Source: a virus
Taxonomy: Duplodnaviria; Caudoviricetes
Reading direction: 5' to 3' (one strand)
Virus record (IMG/VR): IMGVR_UViG_3300037697_000081
Coordinates: 1 to 35,916 of that record
Length of the DNA stretch: 35,916 nucleotides
Shown here: positions 8,452 through 16,420 of the stretch, piece after piece
Layout: every line of letters begins with the position of its first letter
How positions within the stretch are numbered: the stretch's first letter is position 1
Notes under the pieces: model-generated
The model's database searches: none
The model's input: the letters and a program-made list of their open reading frames with translations, nothing else
Told to the model about the DNA's origin: nothing
Position numbers and translations under genes: made by a program

Positions 8452-8730
8452 ATGGAACTTGATCCAGAGAAGGTCCTCATCCAGCAGAAGGTCGAGCGTG
8501 CGGTCAACCCGACCGACGCCGGCGGTGCCGAGTACATGCTCACCGGCTCTGCGATCGGCGAGGAAGGCATCATCCAGGTCGCCCTAGACGCCCACAACGC
8601 CGACGGCACCTGCAACGTGACCATCGCAGACGGCTACCGCACCGGCGAGTCCGTTACCGTTTCCGACCGTTTCATCACCGCATTCGGACAGGAATTCGTA
8701 GACGACGCGACGCGGAGGCTCTTCCGATGA
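8452..8730 (+). CDS. hypothetical protein (92 aa); start corrected from the ORF track
   Basis: AGGGAG SD and ATG at 8452 just after the upstream TGA; ATGA overlap downstream. Confidence 0.75.
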   Translation: MELDPEKVLIQQKVERAVNPTDAGGAEYMLTGSAIGEEGIIQVALDAHNADGTCNVTIADGYRTGESVTVSDRFITAFGQEFVDDATRRLFR

Positions 8731-9419
8731 CAGCAGGATGGAACCATGGCTGGATCGTGCCCGGGCTGGCCGTTGAGGCCGCCCGCGAGAAGGCCAAGAT
8801 CCGTGAGCTCCGCAAGCGCCTCGAGACGGAAGAGGACCCGGAGAAGATCACTCACATCACCAACTCCATCGACTGGCTCGAGAACCGCATGGAGAAGGAC
8901 AAGGCCGCCCGTGAGGAGCGCAAGAAGAAGAAGGAAGAGAAGGCCAAGAACGCTCCGCCGGCGGCCGCGGCTCCCGTTGAAGTGGCGGCCGCGGAAGGCG
9001 ACGAGGAACCTAAGGAAGAGCCGGCTGAGAAGCCTGCCGACAAGCCTGAGGCCCCTAAGCCTGACCAGAAGCCTCTCCAGGATCTCGATCAGCAGCGGGC
9101 GCCGGCGCCGGCCAATCCTACCGGAAACCCGCAGCAGAAGCCGATGCCGATGGCTGAGCTCATGCGCATCCTCGAGACGGCTTCGAAGTCCGTGACCGAC
9201 GGAGGCCTCCAGCTCGAAAAGGCGGCCGGCACTTTGCGCAAGGCTCAGGCCATGGGCGGATCTACGCCGGCTGAGCGCGACATCATCAGCAAGGTCGAGG
9301 AGATGGCGAAGAAGTCCTCGGCTCTCAAGCAGGAAGCGGACCGGCTGTCTGGGGAGATAGCCGATTACCGTAATGGGTTGTCTGGCGCCTCTGCATCTTC
9401 GGAGGTGTGGACGAAGTAA
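8727..9419 (+). CDS. charged low-complexity/coiled-coil protein, possible internal head protein
   Basis: ATGA coupling, GGAGG SD, two helical regions separated by a Pro/Ala/Glu/Lys linker. Confidence 0.8.
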   Translation: MTAGWNHGWIVPGLAVEAAREKAKIRELRKRLETEEDPEKITHITNSIDWLENRMEKDKAAREERKKKKEEKAKNAPPAAAAPVEVAAAEGDEEPKEEPAEKPADKPEAPKPDQKPLQDLDQQRAPAPANPTGNPQQKPMPMAELMRILETASKSVTDGGLQLEKAAGTLRKAQAMGGSTPAERDIISKVEEMAKKSSALKQEADRLSGEIADYRNGLSGASASSEVWTK

Positions 9420-9442
9420 TTCGAACCGTGGGGGGTTGCGAA

Positions 9443-10210
9443 ATGAAGAAAGGCGGTAAGCCTAGGATCCTTCTGTACGATTTGGAGACCAGCCCGTACA
9501 TCGGTTTCACCTGGGGACCGAAGTGGGAAGCGAACATCATCGAGTTCATCGCCGAAAGGCAGATCATTTCGATCGCCTGGAAGTTCCTCGGGGAGAAGAA
9601 GGTCCACGTTAAGGCCCTTCCGGATTTCCCTGAGTACAAGACCAACCCGAAGAGCAACAAGCAGCTCATGCAGTTCATCCATGAGCTCTTCGAGGAAGCA
9701 GACATCACCGTCGGCCACAACGTCATCGACTTCGACGACAAGGTGGCCAACACCGATTTCTTGATCCACAAGCTGACTCCCCCTCCTCCGCACAAGAGGG
9801 TGGACACGCTGAAGATCCTTCGTGCTATTTTTGCGTTCGCGTCCAACAAGCTCGACGATGCCTGCGTTCGCTTGGGCATCGGGAAGAAGGTTCCGCACCC
9901 GGGCTTCAAGATGTGGCTGGGCTGCCTCAACGGTGAGGCGTGGGCTTGGGCTCTGCTCAAGAAGTATAACCGCGGAGACGTCATTCTCCTCGAGAAACTG
10001 TACCTGCGTCTCCGCCCGTGGGCTGCGCAACATCCGAGTATGATCCCGACTGACCGGGCCGTATTCGCCTGCCCTAAGTGCGAGAGCAGTCATCTCCAGG
10101 GTCGTGGTTTCATTCGAACCACCACCGGAGAGCGCCAGCGCTTCCAGTGCCAGGAGTGCGGCGCGTGGTTCACTGGGGTCTCTGTTAAGAAGGAACTCAG
10201 GATCCGGTAG
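9443..10210 (+). CDS. DEDDy (DnaQ/RNase H-like) 3'-5' exonuclease with C-terminal zinc ribbon
   Basis: ExoI YDLETS, ExoII GHNVIDFD, ExoIII YNRGDV; CPKC...CQEC. ATG 9443 preferred over the track's 9407. Confidence 0.85.
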   Translation: MKKGGKPRILLYDLETSPYIGFTWGPKWEANIIEFIAERQIISIAWKFLGEKKVHVKALPDFPEYKTNPKSNKQLMQFIHELFEEADITVGHNVIDFDDKVANTDFLIHKLTPPPPHKRVDTLKILRAIFAFASNKLDDACVRLGIGKKVPHPGFKMWLGCLNGEAWAWALLKKYNRGDVILLEKLYLRLRPWAAQHPSMIPTDRAVFACPKCESSHLQGRGFIRTTTGERQRFQCQECGAWFTGVSVKKELRIR

Positions 10211-10218
10211 AGGTGATC

Positions 10219-10737
10219 ATGCAGCGAGCAGCCAGCGTCTGGGTTGGGCCTGAAGGTCAAGTTCGTCAGACGGGCATGCACGACGACGGGGAGACTGCGT
10301 ACAACATCCTCTGGAAGGTAATGACCGACGAGCTCGGTGACGTAGATAAGTCCTATGAGCAGATGAAGGCCAAGAACCTTACGCCGGAGCGCTACCCTGC
10401 TCTCAACGTAGAGCTCCTCAAGCGTGGGTGGGTAATCATCGACGACAAGGCATGGGAGATCCCCCGCGCCATGGCAAAGGACAAAGAGGCCGTCCTCCGG
10501 GCTGAAGAGCAGGTTATGCAGTACGTTTCCAAGGGTCCGATCCTTCTCATCTATGAAGGCGCCGGCGGCGGTGTTCAGCTCGATCTTGATGACGTCGAGG
10601 AGACGGGCACGCTTTCGGATGCAATCGAGCACGCAAAGACGCGCGCCACAGCGCCGGCGACCGAGTCGAATATAACTAACTTCAACCTTGGATCGTGGGT
10701 CAGTGCTGGCCGGCGGATGATTTCCTACTTCAGATGA
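10219..10737 (+). CDS. hypothetical protein; start ATG 10219 or GTG 10213
   Basis: GAGGTG upstream; W-x-x-P-x-G..H..L-x-x-GW pattern seen in phage proteins of unknown function. Confidence 0.75.
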   Translation: MQRAASVWVGPEGQVRQTGMHDDGETAYNILWKVMTDELGDVDKSYEQMKAKNLTPERYPALNVELLKRGWVIIDDKAWEIPRAMAKDKEAVLRAEEQVMQYVSKGPILLIYEGAGGGVQLDLDDVEETGTLSDAIEHAKTRATAPATESNITNFNLGSWVSAGRRMISYFR

Positions 10738-10747
10738 GGTCGACAGA

Positions 10748-10765
10748 TAGCAAAAATGAAGAATT
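10748..10765 (+). promoter_or_regulatory. 18-bp conserved motif copy (TAGCAAA-AATGAAGA-ATT)
   Basis: Intergenic, 16 nt before ATG 10782. Confidence 0.6.
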
Positions 10766-10781
10766 CTCTGAGGTAAACCCT

Positions 10782-11216
10782 ATGCCACGGGCAAAGAAGA
10801 ACGGCATGGGGCGTCCAGCTCGAGAGCTCGTTGAAGGGCGGCTGTATTCGATCGCGCTCGATGAACTGGGAACTGAGCATCTCGATGGCGTCACCGTGCT
10901 TGTAAATATGTCGGATGACATCGGCCTTGCGGATATCGGGGTGCCGGTGACTTTGACTTGGACTGCTGACGACAACGTTGAAGAGCGCGTTCTCGAAGGA
11001 GTCGTCAGGCTTTGCTCGTCGGCCATGAAAGGTGGAAAGCAGAGGGTTCTTCTGGTCGGATCTCAAGATGCAGTTGATGTTCTTGGAGCGTGTGTCCTGC
11101 GCGAGTACACCGGATGCACTGCTGGCCAAGTGTTCCCGATCATGAGAGAGGGTCATCCGAATTCTCTTCAGAAGCGTGAACTGATGGAAACCGTTTTGAA
11201 GTTCAGACCATCATGA
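10782..11216 (+). CDS. dual-specificity phosphatase-fold protein lacking the catalytic HCxxGxxR loop
   Basis: GAGGT SD and ATG 10782. ELVEGRLY, GVTVLVNM, GKQRVLL and ACVLREYTG..IMREGHP follow DSP element order and spacing, but the P-loop position reads VGSQDAV. Confidence 0.6.
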   Translation: MPRAKKNGMGRPARELVEGRLYSIALDELGTEHLDGVTVLVNMSDDIGLADIGVPVTLTWTADDNVEERVLEGVVRLCSSAMKGGKQRVLLVGSQDAVDVLGACVLREYTGCTAGQVFPIMREGHPNSLQKRELMETVLKFRPS

Positions 11217-11494
11217 GCGAAAAAGGCGACGTGTGCGGGTGGACGCAGGACGGTCCGGAGTGGACGCGGGTAGCCGTTGAGCCGATCGGAAGCCACGATC
11301 TTGTGGTCGAGTCGATCAGCCAGGCGATCCTCGCTAAGTACCGGTCCTACAACGCTGACCAGCACCGTGGAACTGTTCGCTCGAGCTGGCTGAAGGAGCA
11401 GGTCGACGCGTACGAGCTGCCGCGGCTTGACGAGGATGTCCGGAAGGATCTCAAGGATCTCTTCGATCTTGAAGGGATTCAGGTGGTCGAGTAA
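11213..11494 (+). CDS. hypothetical protein (93 aa)
   Basis: ATGA overlap upstream, TAATG coupling downstream. Confidence 0.7.
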   Translation: MSEKGDVCGWTQDGPEWTRVAVEPIGSHDLVVESISQAILAKYRSYNADQHRGTVRSSWLKEQVDAYELPRLDEDVRKDLKDLFDLEGIQVVE

Positions 11495-12144
11495 TGGGCA
11501 TCAAATGGTTCAGCACGCAGGCTCGAACAAAGCCGTTCAAGGGGATGTCTCCGGCCAGGAAAAAGCCGAAGGCTCCTTCTGCGCCGAAGCCTAAGTACAA
11601 GTCGCCCGCGCCGACGCAGCGTCTTCCGAAGCTACAGAAGCCGAAGGTTGACGTGCCGTTCATCGAAGCGCCGAAGCAGGTCGGGAAACTCGTTGTAGCC
11701 GACGAGAGGGATGCAAGTTCGTTCGCCTGCACTGAGATGATTCAGATCGTCGAGTCCCGCGGGCTCGAGATCGACAGGATCACCTGGAACAAGACTCATG
11801 GATCCGGTGACGATGACGGGTTGTGCGCAAGGCTCGCAAGCCGGGCCTGGCCAGATTTTGAAGCACTGTTCGCAGAGCAGGCGACGAAGCCGGATAAGTA
11901 CCGCCGGCGTGACATGCGTGAGGGCTACGAGGCCGACGGCATCATCGGGGTAAGCCATCCTGGTTGCCGTTGCTACCTCAAGGTCTTCTTGGACGATGGT
12001 TCCGTTTGGAAGATAACGCCGGACGACATGAAGCCTCAGATGATCTCGGCCGCAACTAAAGTCGACGTCGTTGAGCCGAGCGTCGAGGAGTTCGAGACCG
12101 ACGTGACCGAAGTGGAGCCTGGAGAGAGCGAGGAGGAGGTCTGA
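11494..12144 (+). CDS. protein with HPxCRC motif (Mu gpF/SPP1 gp7-like minor head domain)
   Basis: DDGLC ... SHPGCRC resembles the C-terminal Cys/His motif of gpF/gp7. Basic Pro/Lys N-terminus, acidic C-terminus. Confidence 0.55.
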   Translation: MGIKWFSTQARTKPFKGMSPARKKPKAPSAPKPKYKSPAPTQRLPKLQKPKVDVPFIEAPKQVGKLVVADERDASSFACTEMIQIVESRGLEIDRITWNKTHGSGDDDGLCARLASRAWPDFEALFAEQATKPDKYRRRDMREGYEADGIIGVSHPGCRCYLKVFLDDGSVWKITPDDMKPQMISAATKVDVVEPSVEEFETDVTEVEPGESEEEV

Positions 12145-12404
12145 TGAGTTCCGCCAAGAACCAGAAGGAGCCGCTCAAGGAATCCGTGGATTATCCGGAT
12201 TTCGTGGCGAAGTTCGTCAAGGACCGCATCGCTGCACTCGACAAGGAAGCGACTGCTGAGCTCGTCGACTTCATCGCCCAGGATGTCGAAGGCTATCTGC
12301 TCGACGTGAAGAAGTCGCCCGAAGATCTGACGAAAGTGGAACTCGCGCACATCAACGACTTCATCCGCGAGCGGGTGGAGAACGGTCTCGGAGGACTGGC
12401 ATGA
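12144..12404 (+). CDS. hypothetical helical protein (86 aa)
   Basis: GGAGG SD; TGATG and ATGA couplings. Confidence 0.8.
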   Translation: MSSAKNQKEPLKESVDYPDFVAKFVKDRIAALDKEATAELVDFIAQDVEGYLLDVKKSPEDLTKVELAHINDFIRERVENGLGGLA

Positions 12405-13975
12405 AATGGCTTACTGCGGCTGATGGGCCCGTTCAGGACTGGATCCTGGTAACGGTTGATGGAATCTCCTACAGCGTGCACTCAAAGCGCGCGGAGATCC
12501 ATTGCGAGGCAACGGACGCCGCAGAACTCCACCTCCTGATGACCAGCGACAAGCACCGCCGCAACTTGGCTGATCGTGCAGCCTTGGCGCAGCGCGAGGC
12601 TGGGTCCTGGTCCAGCGAGAGGCAGGACAGCTGGAACATCCACGCCGGCGGCAAGAAGCTGCGCTTTGCGTGGGATGGATCCATTCCGTCCGCGGAGAAG
12701 AAGGCGCGCGTAATCACCGCCTCCTCCCTTGAGGATATTGCCCAGCGCAAGTTCAACAAGCCCTACAGCAATCTCAATCCGCAGGAGAAGGCCCAGGTCG
12801 CTGATGAGATGCACAGTCAGCAGAACATGGCACCAGCGGCTCCCGTCCCTCCGTCGTTCGCCCCGCCGGCGGCGCCTCTCGCCCCCGGGCAGAGCGCGAA
12901 GAACATCAACTGGTTCGTGAAGGCCGATAACCCGGACTTCAAGGAAGAGGGTCCTGACGCCGAGAACCCGAAGGACCAGAAGGCCAACGACGACGAGCCG
13001 GTCAAGAAGGACGACAAGAAGACTCCTCCGTTCGGTAAGAAGGACGACAAGGACAAGGGTGACAAGAAGGACGAGAAGAAGGACGACTCCAAGAAGGAGA
13101 AGGAGCCGAAGAAGGACTCGCCCAAGAAGGATGCCCCGAAGAAGGATGGACCTTCAAAGTCCGACGAGAAGAAGGACGTCAAGATGGCCGAGGAACTCGT
13201 CAAGGAACTCGAGGATCTCATCAAGAACGAGGAGAAGGAGGGCGAAGGCGGCCCTCACCTTGAGGCGCTTCGCAACGCCCTCGAGGAGCTCAAGAAGTTT
13301 ATGGGCGAGGAGAAGGACGAGCTCGACATGCCCGGCATGCCTCCGTCCGGACCTGCTGGCCCTGGCATCCCCATGAAGATCGACATGAAGCCCATGCCGC
13401 TCAAGGGACCGAATCCTGGACCTGGGATGAACATGGACGCGCCGGCGATGCCGTTCGCCTCGTGGACTGACGAGAACACCACTGGCTTCCACGAGCGGGA
13501 CTCCGTCTGGCGCAAGGCCGACATGGGCATCGTCGAGAGCATCGGATTCGAGCCTGGACGCGTTGTGGCGATCGGCAACGGGAAGGTCATCGTCGACTGG
13601 GGTGATGACGAGGTGCTCTCTGAGGAGCGTCCTGAGGATCTCGTCTTGGCCACCGCGGCCAGCGGCGAGCAGGGCCTGTTCGACGAGAGTAGCACAAATC
13701 CAGAAGTTGTCGAGGAGAGCCTGGAGCAGTCTCCGGAAGAGATCAAGGCCGAAATAGAGTCTGTTCTCTCCAAGACCTCCCTAAGGGACCTCCTCAACGT
13801 GACGTCAACGTCTGACGGGTCCAACCCTAATGCCCTTGTGCACGTGGGGACCGGCATGGAAGGCGAGTACGTCGCGAAGGGATCTGACGGGCGCTTGCTG
13901 GTGAGGGTTGCCGGCGAGGAGTTCTTCGTTTGGCCCTACGAAGTCCGATTTGTCAACGCTCAGGAGGAGAAATAA
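12401..13975 (+). CDS. multidomain low-complexity protein, possible internal head protein
   Basis: GGAGG SD; Lys/Asp-rich tract, Met/Pro/Gly tract, two SH3-like segments near the C-terminus. Confidence 0.85.
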   Translation: MKWLTAADGPVQDWILVTVDGISYSVHSKRAEIHCEATDAAELHLLMTSDKHRRNLADRAALAQREAGSWSSERQDSWNIHAGGKKLRFAWDGSIPSAEKKARVITASSLEDIAQRKFNKPYSNLNPQEKAQVADEMHSQQNMAPAAPVPPSFAPPAAPLAPGQSAKNINWFVKADNPDFKEEGPDAENPKDQKANDDEPVKKDDKKTPPFGKKDDKDKGDKKDEKKDDSKKEKEPKKDSPKKDAPKKDGPSKSDEKKDVKMAEELVKELEDLIKNEEKEGEGGPHLEALRNALEELKKFMGEEKDELDMPGMPPSGPAGPGIPMKIDMKPMPLKGPNPGPGMNMDAPAMPFASWTDENTTGFHERDSVWRKADMGIVESIGFEPGRVVAIGNGKVIVDWGDDEVLSEERPEDLVLATAASGEQGLFDESSTNPEVVEESLEQSPEEIKAEIESVLSKTSLRDLLNVTSTSDGSNPNALVHVGTGMEGEYVAKGSDGRLLVRVAGEEFFVWPYEVRFVNAQEEK

Positions 13976-13978
13976 CAC

Positions 13979-14455
13979 ATGGCACTTTCCAAGGATCTCA
14001 GGAACATCGTCAAGGGCGTCGAGTCCAACGATGACGACGGCCAGCTCTTTGCCAGCCGCCAGGTGATGGACGCCCTGGGCGCGCTACTCGGCTGGGTCGG
14101 CAGCAACGACACGCTCATCCAGTGGGACGCGTCTGAAGGCCTCAACGGTGCGACCGGCAGCACGCTGGCTCCTGCCGCTGGCGTTCTTTCCGCTTCGGTG
14201 AAGATGAAGGTCACCAGCGCAGACAACGTCCAGAACCCGTTCCGCCAGAACGGCAAGGCCACGGTCACACTGACCGGCACGGCCACGGGCAAGACCATCA
14301 ACGGCGTCGCCGGCCCGCTCGTCGTCGAGCTGGTCGACGGTGAGGCTGAGGTTCTTCTCGCCGGCACTGGCACTGGCACCATCATCGCGACGCTGTCTGC
14401 GGGTCTCCCTTCGCAGCTGAGCGCGACCGACGTTCTGACCGTCACCCTGTCTTAA
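13979..14455 (+). CDS. probable virion structural protein with Ig-like beta sandwich
   Basis: AGGAGGAG SD, biased codons, Thr/Gly/Val-rich strands (GTGTIIATLS..VLTVTLS), followed by a strong hairpin. Confidence 0.7.
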   Translation: MALSKDLRNIVKGVESNDDDGQLFASRQVMDALGALLGWVGSNDTLIQWDASEGLNGATGSTLAPAAGVLSASVKMKVTSADNVQNPFRQNGKATVTLTGTATGKTINGVAGPLVVELVDGEAEVLLAGTGTGTIIATLSAGLPSQLSATDVLTVTLS

Positions 14456-14467
14456 AGCATCGTTAGG

Positions 14468-14503
14468 GGACCCCGGCCGGTGTAACAGCCGGCCGGGGGA
14501 TCC
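14468..14503 (+). terminator. GC-rich stem-loop, probable terminator or stabiliser
   Basis: CCCCGGCCGG (14471-80) pairs perfectly with CCGGCCGGGG (14489-98) around TGTAACAG; weak T-rich tail GTATCTTT. Confidence 0.65.
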
Positions 14504-14532
14504 GTATCTTTGACCTTAACTAGGAGAATAAA

Positions 14533-14757
14533 GTGAATTACATCGAAGACAAGAAGAAGTACGAGGGCGAGCTTAACGAGATCAACAAGCGCCTCCAGGT
14601 TCTTGATGATGAGAAGGCCCGCCTTGTCCGCGTCGGCGTTCGCATCGAAGGCGCTCTCGCCTACATCAACGGAGCTCTCGCTGAGCAGGCCGAGGCCGCC
14701 AAGAAGGCCGCGGCGACTGATGCTCCTGCTGCAGCTCCGGAGCCGGCCGCGGCCTAA
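14533..14757 (+). CDS. small coiled-coil protein
   Basis: AGGAG SD, GTG start, heptad pattern, Ala/Pro tail. Confidence 0.8.
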   Translation: MNYIEDKKKYEGELNEINKRLQVLDDEKARLVRVGVRIEGALAYINGALAEQAEAAKKAAATDAPAAAPEPAAA

Positions 14758-14768
14758 AAGGCCGCACC

Positions 14769-15740
14769 ATGTCCGAGCTCTTCCTACCGTCCCTACAAAC
14801 GCCAGTCGTTAATGTCACGGCGGCCGAGGACCAGACCAAGTTCTCAATCTCTTGGCCTTCAGTCCCCGCCGCCGTTGGCTATTACGTTTACGCCGGCTTT
14901 GACCCGCTCCACATCAGGAGCCGAGTGTCCGGGGTGTCTGCGATCCCGGTAGGAACGACGGCGTTCTCGTTTAACGCTTCCTTCGCACCGCCTTCCCAGA
15001 TCATCTACTTCTGGGTCTCCTGGGTAGACGCAAACAACAACGAGACGTTTCTCGATCAGGTGGGAAGCTACCACTACCTCAGCGCGCAGATGGGCCACTT
15101 CGTTCCGTCACCTCATTCTGCAGAATCGACGGATCTGTACTTCGCGACCGCAGAGGACGACGAGAAGTATTACTTCGAAGAGATCCGTCGACGCGCGAAG
15201 GCCGTGCTCGAGGATACTTCTGAAGAGGTCGACCTGTTCATCAGGCAGTGGCGCGGACTTCCGGAGCCTGGAACGCAGTCGGCTCTTGGTACAGATCCGA
15301 ACTACCAAGGAATGACGCGTGACGACAACTCCTTCGGCACCGGCTTCTACCCGGGCTACTTCCCGGCCATCAGGCTGCGGATGCGTTTTGGAGCTCTGCC
15401 GAACTCGCTGCTGGACTTCCAGACGCCAGGTCTTCGCCCGATGCTCACGAACGAGGCGTGGACGGTCTGGGATCCACTCATGCACGAGAACGACTTGATC
15501 ATCCGCCGCTCGACCGGCGTGCGCTACGTGGTCAACTCGAACGCCTTTTCGAACTACCGCGGCGTTCCTATCATCCAGCGCCTGACCTTGGACATCGTCA
15601 CCCCGACGAGCCCGATCCAGAAGGTCACTGACGCCGAGGTCCGCACCCGCTGGGGCCAGGTCAATGCAGCAGATTTCGCGCGTCTTGGATTTGGCATTGC
15701 GTCTGACCAGTTCGGCGGTCCGGATTACGTGCTCTTTTAA
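14769..15740 (+). CDS. putative neck/head-closure protein with N-terminal FN3-like domain
   Basis: FN3-like ISWPSVPAAVGYYVY; GTGFYPGY and W..DPLMHENDLII..RYVV patterns of head-closure barrels; position upstream of the sheath. Confidence 0.6.
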   Translation: MSELFLPSLQTPVVNVTAAEDQTKFSISWPSVPAAVGYYVYAGFDPLHIRSRVSGVSAIPVGTTAFSFNASFAPPSQIIYFWVSWVDANNNETFLDQVGSYHYLSAQMGHFVPSPHSAESTDLYFATAEDDEKYYFEEIRRRAKAVLEDTSEEVDLFIRQWRGLPEPGTQSALGTDPNYQGMTRDDNSFGTGFYPGYFPAIRLRMRFGALPNSLLDFQTPGLRPMLTNEAWTVWDPLMHENDLIIRRSTGVRYVVNSNAFSNYRGVPIIQRLTLDIVTPTSPIQKVTDAEVRTRWGQVNAADFARLGFGIASDQFGGPDYVLF

Positions 15741-15753
15741 TCCCTTCGTGGGA

Positions 15754-15771
15754 TAGCAAAAAAGGAGAACT
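15754..15771 (+). promoter_or_regulatory. 18-bp conserved motif copy (TAGCAAA-AAAGGAGA-ACT)
   Basis: Intergenic, 10 nt before ATG 15782. Confidence 0.55.
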
Positions 15772-15781
15772 ACAGGGGAAC

Positions 15782-16384
15782 ATGTACGCCTCTGGAACTT
15801 CGACGCTGACGTCTGTACCTCCACTTCTTGAGAGAGCCAAGCTCGCCTTTGTGCTCTCCCTGAGAAGTGCGTTTGCGAGCACCTTTACGGACCCGGCGCT
15901 CAGGTACGATGATGACCAGTCGAAATCGAAGATCCGGATATACACTGCTCACCCTCTGAGGCTCGAGTACTACCCTGCCATCGTCATCAGCACCGGCGGG
16001 GGAGACGCGTCCTTCACGTACCTCATGGACGACTTTGTCGAAGAGGCACCGAAGAACGAACGAGACCAAGTTGTTTTTGCAGGACGTGTCGTTTTCACGA
16101 TGGCCGTAACCATCTTGACCAATTCGACGCTGGAGCGCGAGAGGATCCTGGATCACCTGATCATCTACGTCAGGCATCTGTTTCGGGACAACCTTCACGC
16201 CTTCGGTTTGGAATACACGAAGGACATCAGGGTCGGTCCTGAGACGTTGACGGAAGTCGAGAACAAGCCGGTGTACGAGCAGGTCTTGGAAATCCCTTGT
16301 TACATGGAATACGAGGCCGCAATCGATCAAGGCGCACTCGACACGATCAGAAGGATTGACCTCAGCGTGGTACTCCCGTCGTAA
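15782..16384 (+). CDS. putative tail completion/terminator protein
   Basis: 200 aa immediately before the sheath; YPAIVI..TILTNSTLERERILD pattern. Confidence 0.6.
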   Translation: MYASGTSTLTSVPPLLERAKLAFVLSLRSAFASTFTDPALRYDDDQSKSKIRIYTAHPLRLEYYPAIVISTGGGDASFTYLMDDFVEEAPKNERDQVVFAGRVVFTMAVTILTNSTLERERILDHLIIYVRHLFRDNLHAFGLEYTKDIRVGPETLTEVENKPVYEQVLEIPCYMEYEAAIDQGALDTIRRIDLSVVLPS

Positions 16385-16420
16385 CGCGGACGGGGCGAAT
16401 TTCAAAGGTGGAGGAAAGCA

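Noticed and set aside
12990-13190. AAGAAGGAC-type short repeats as a DNA-level repeat element
   Set aside because: Explained by the Lys/Asp-rich coding tract.
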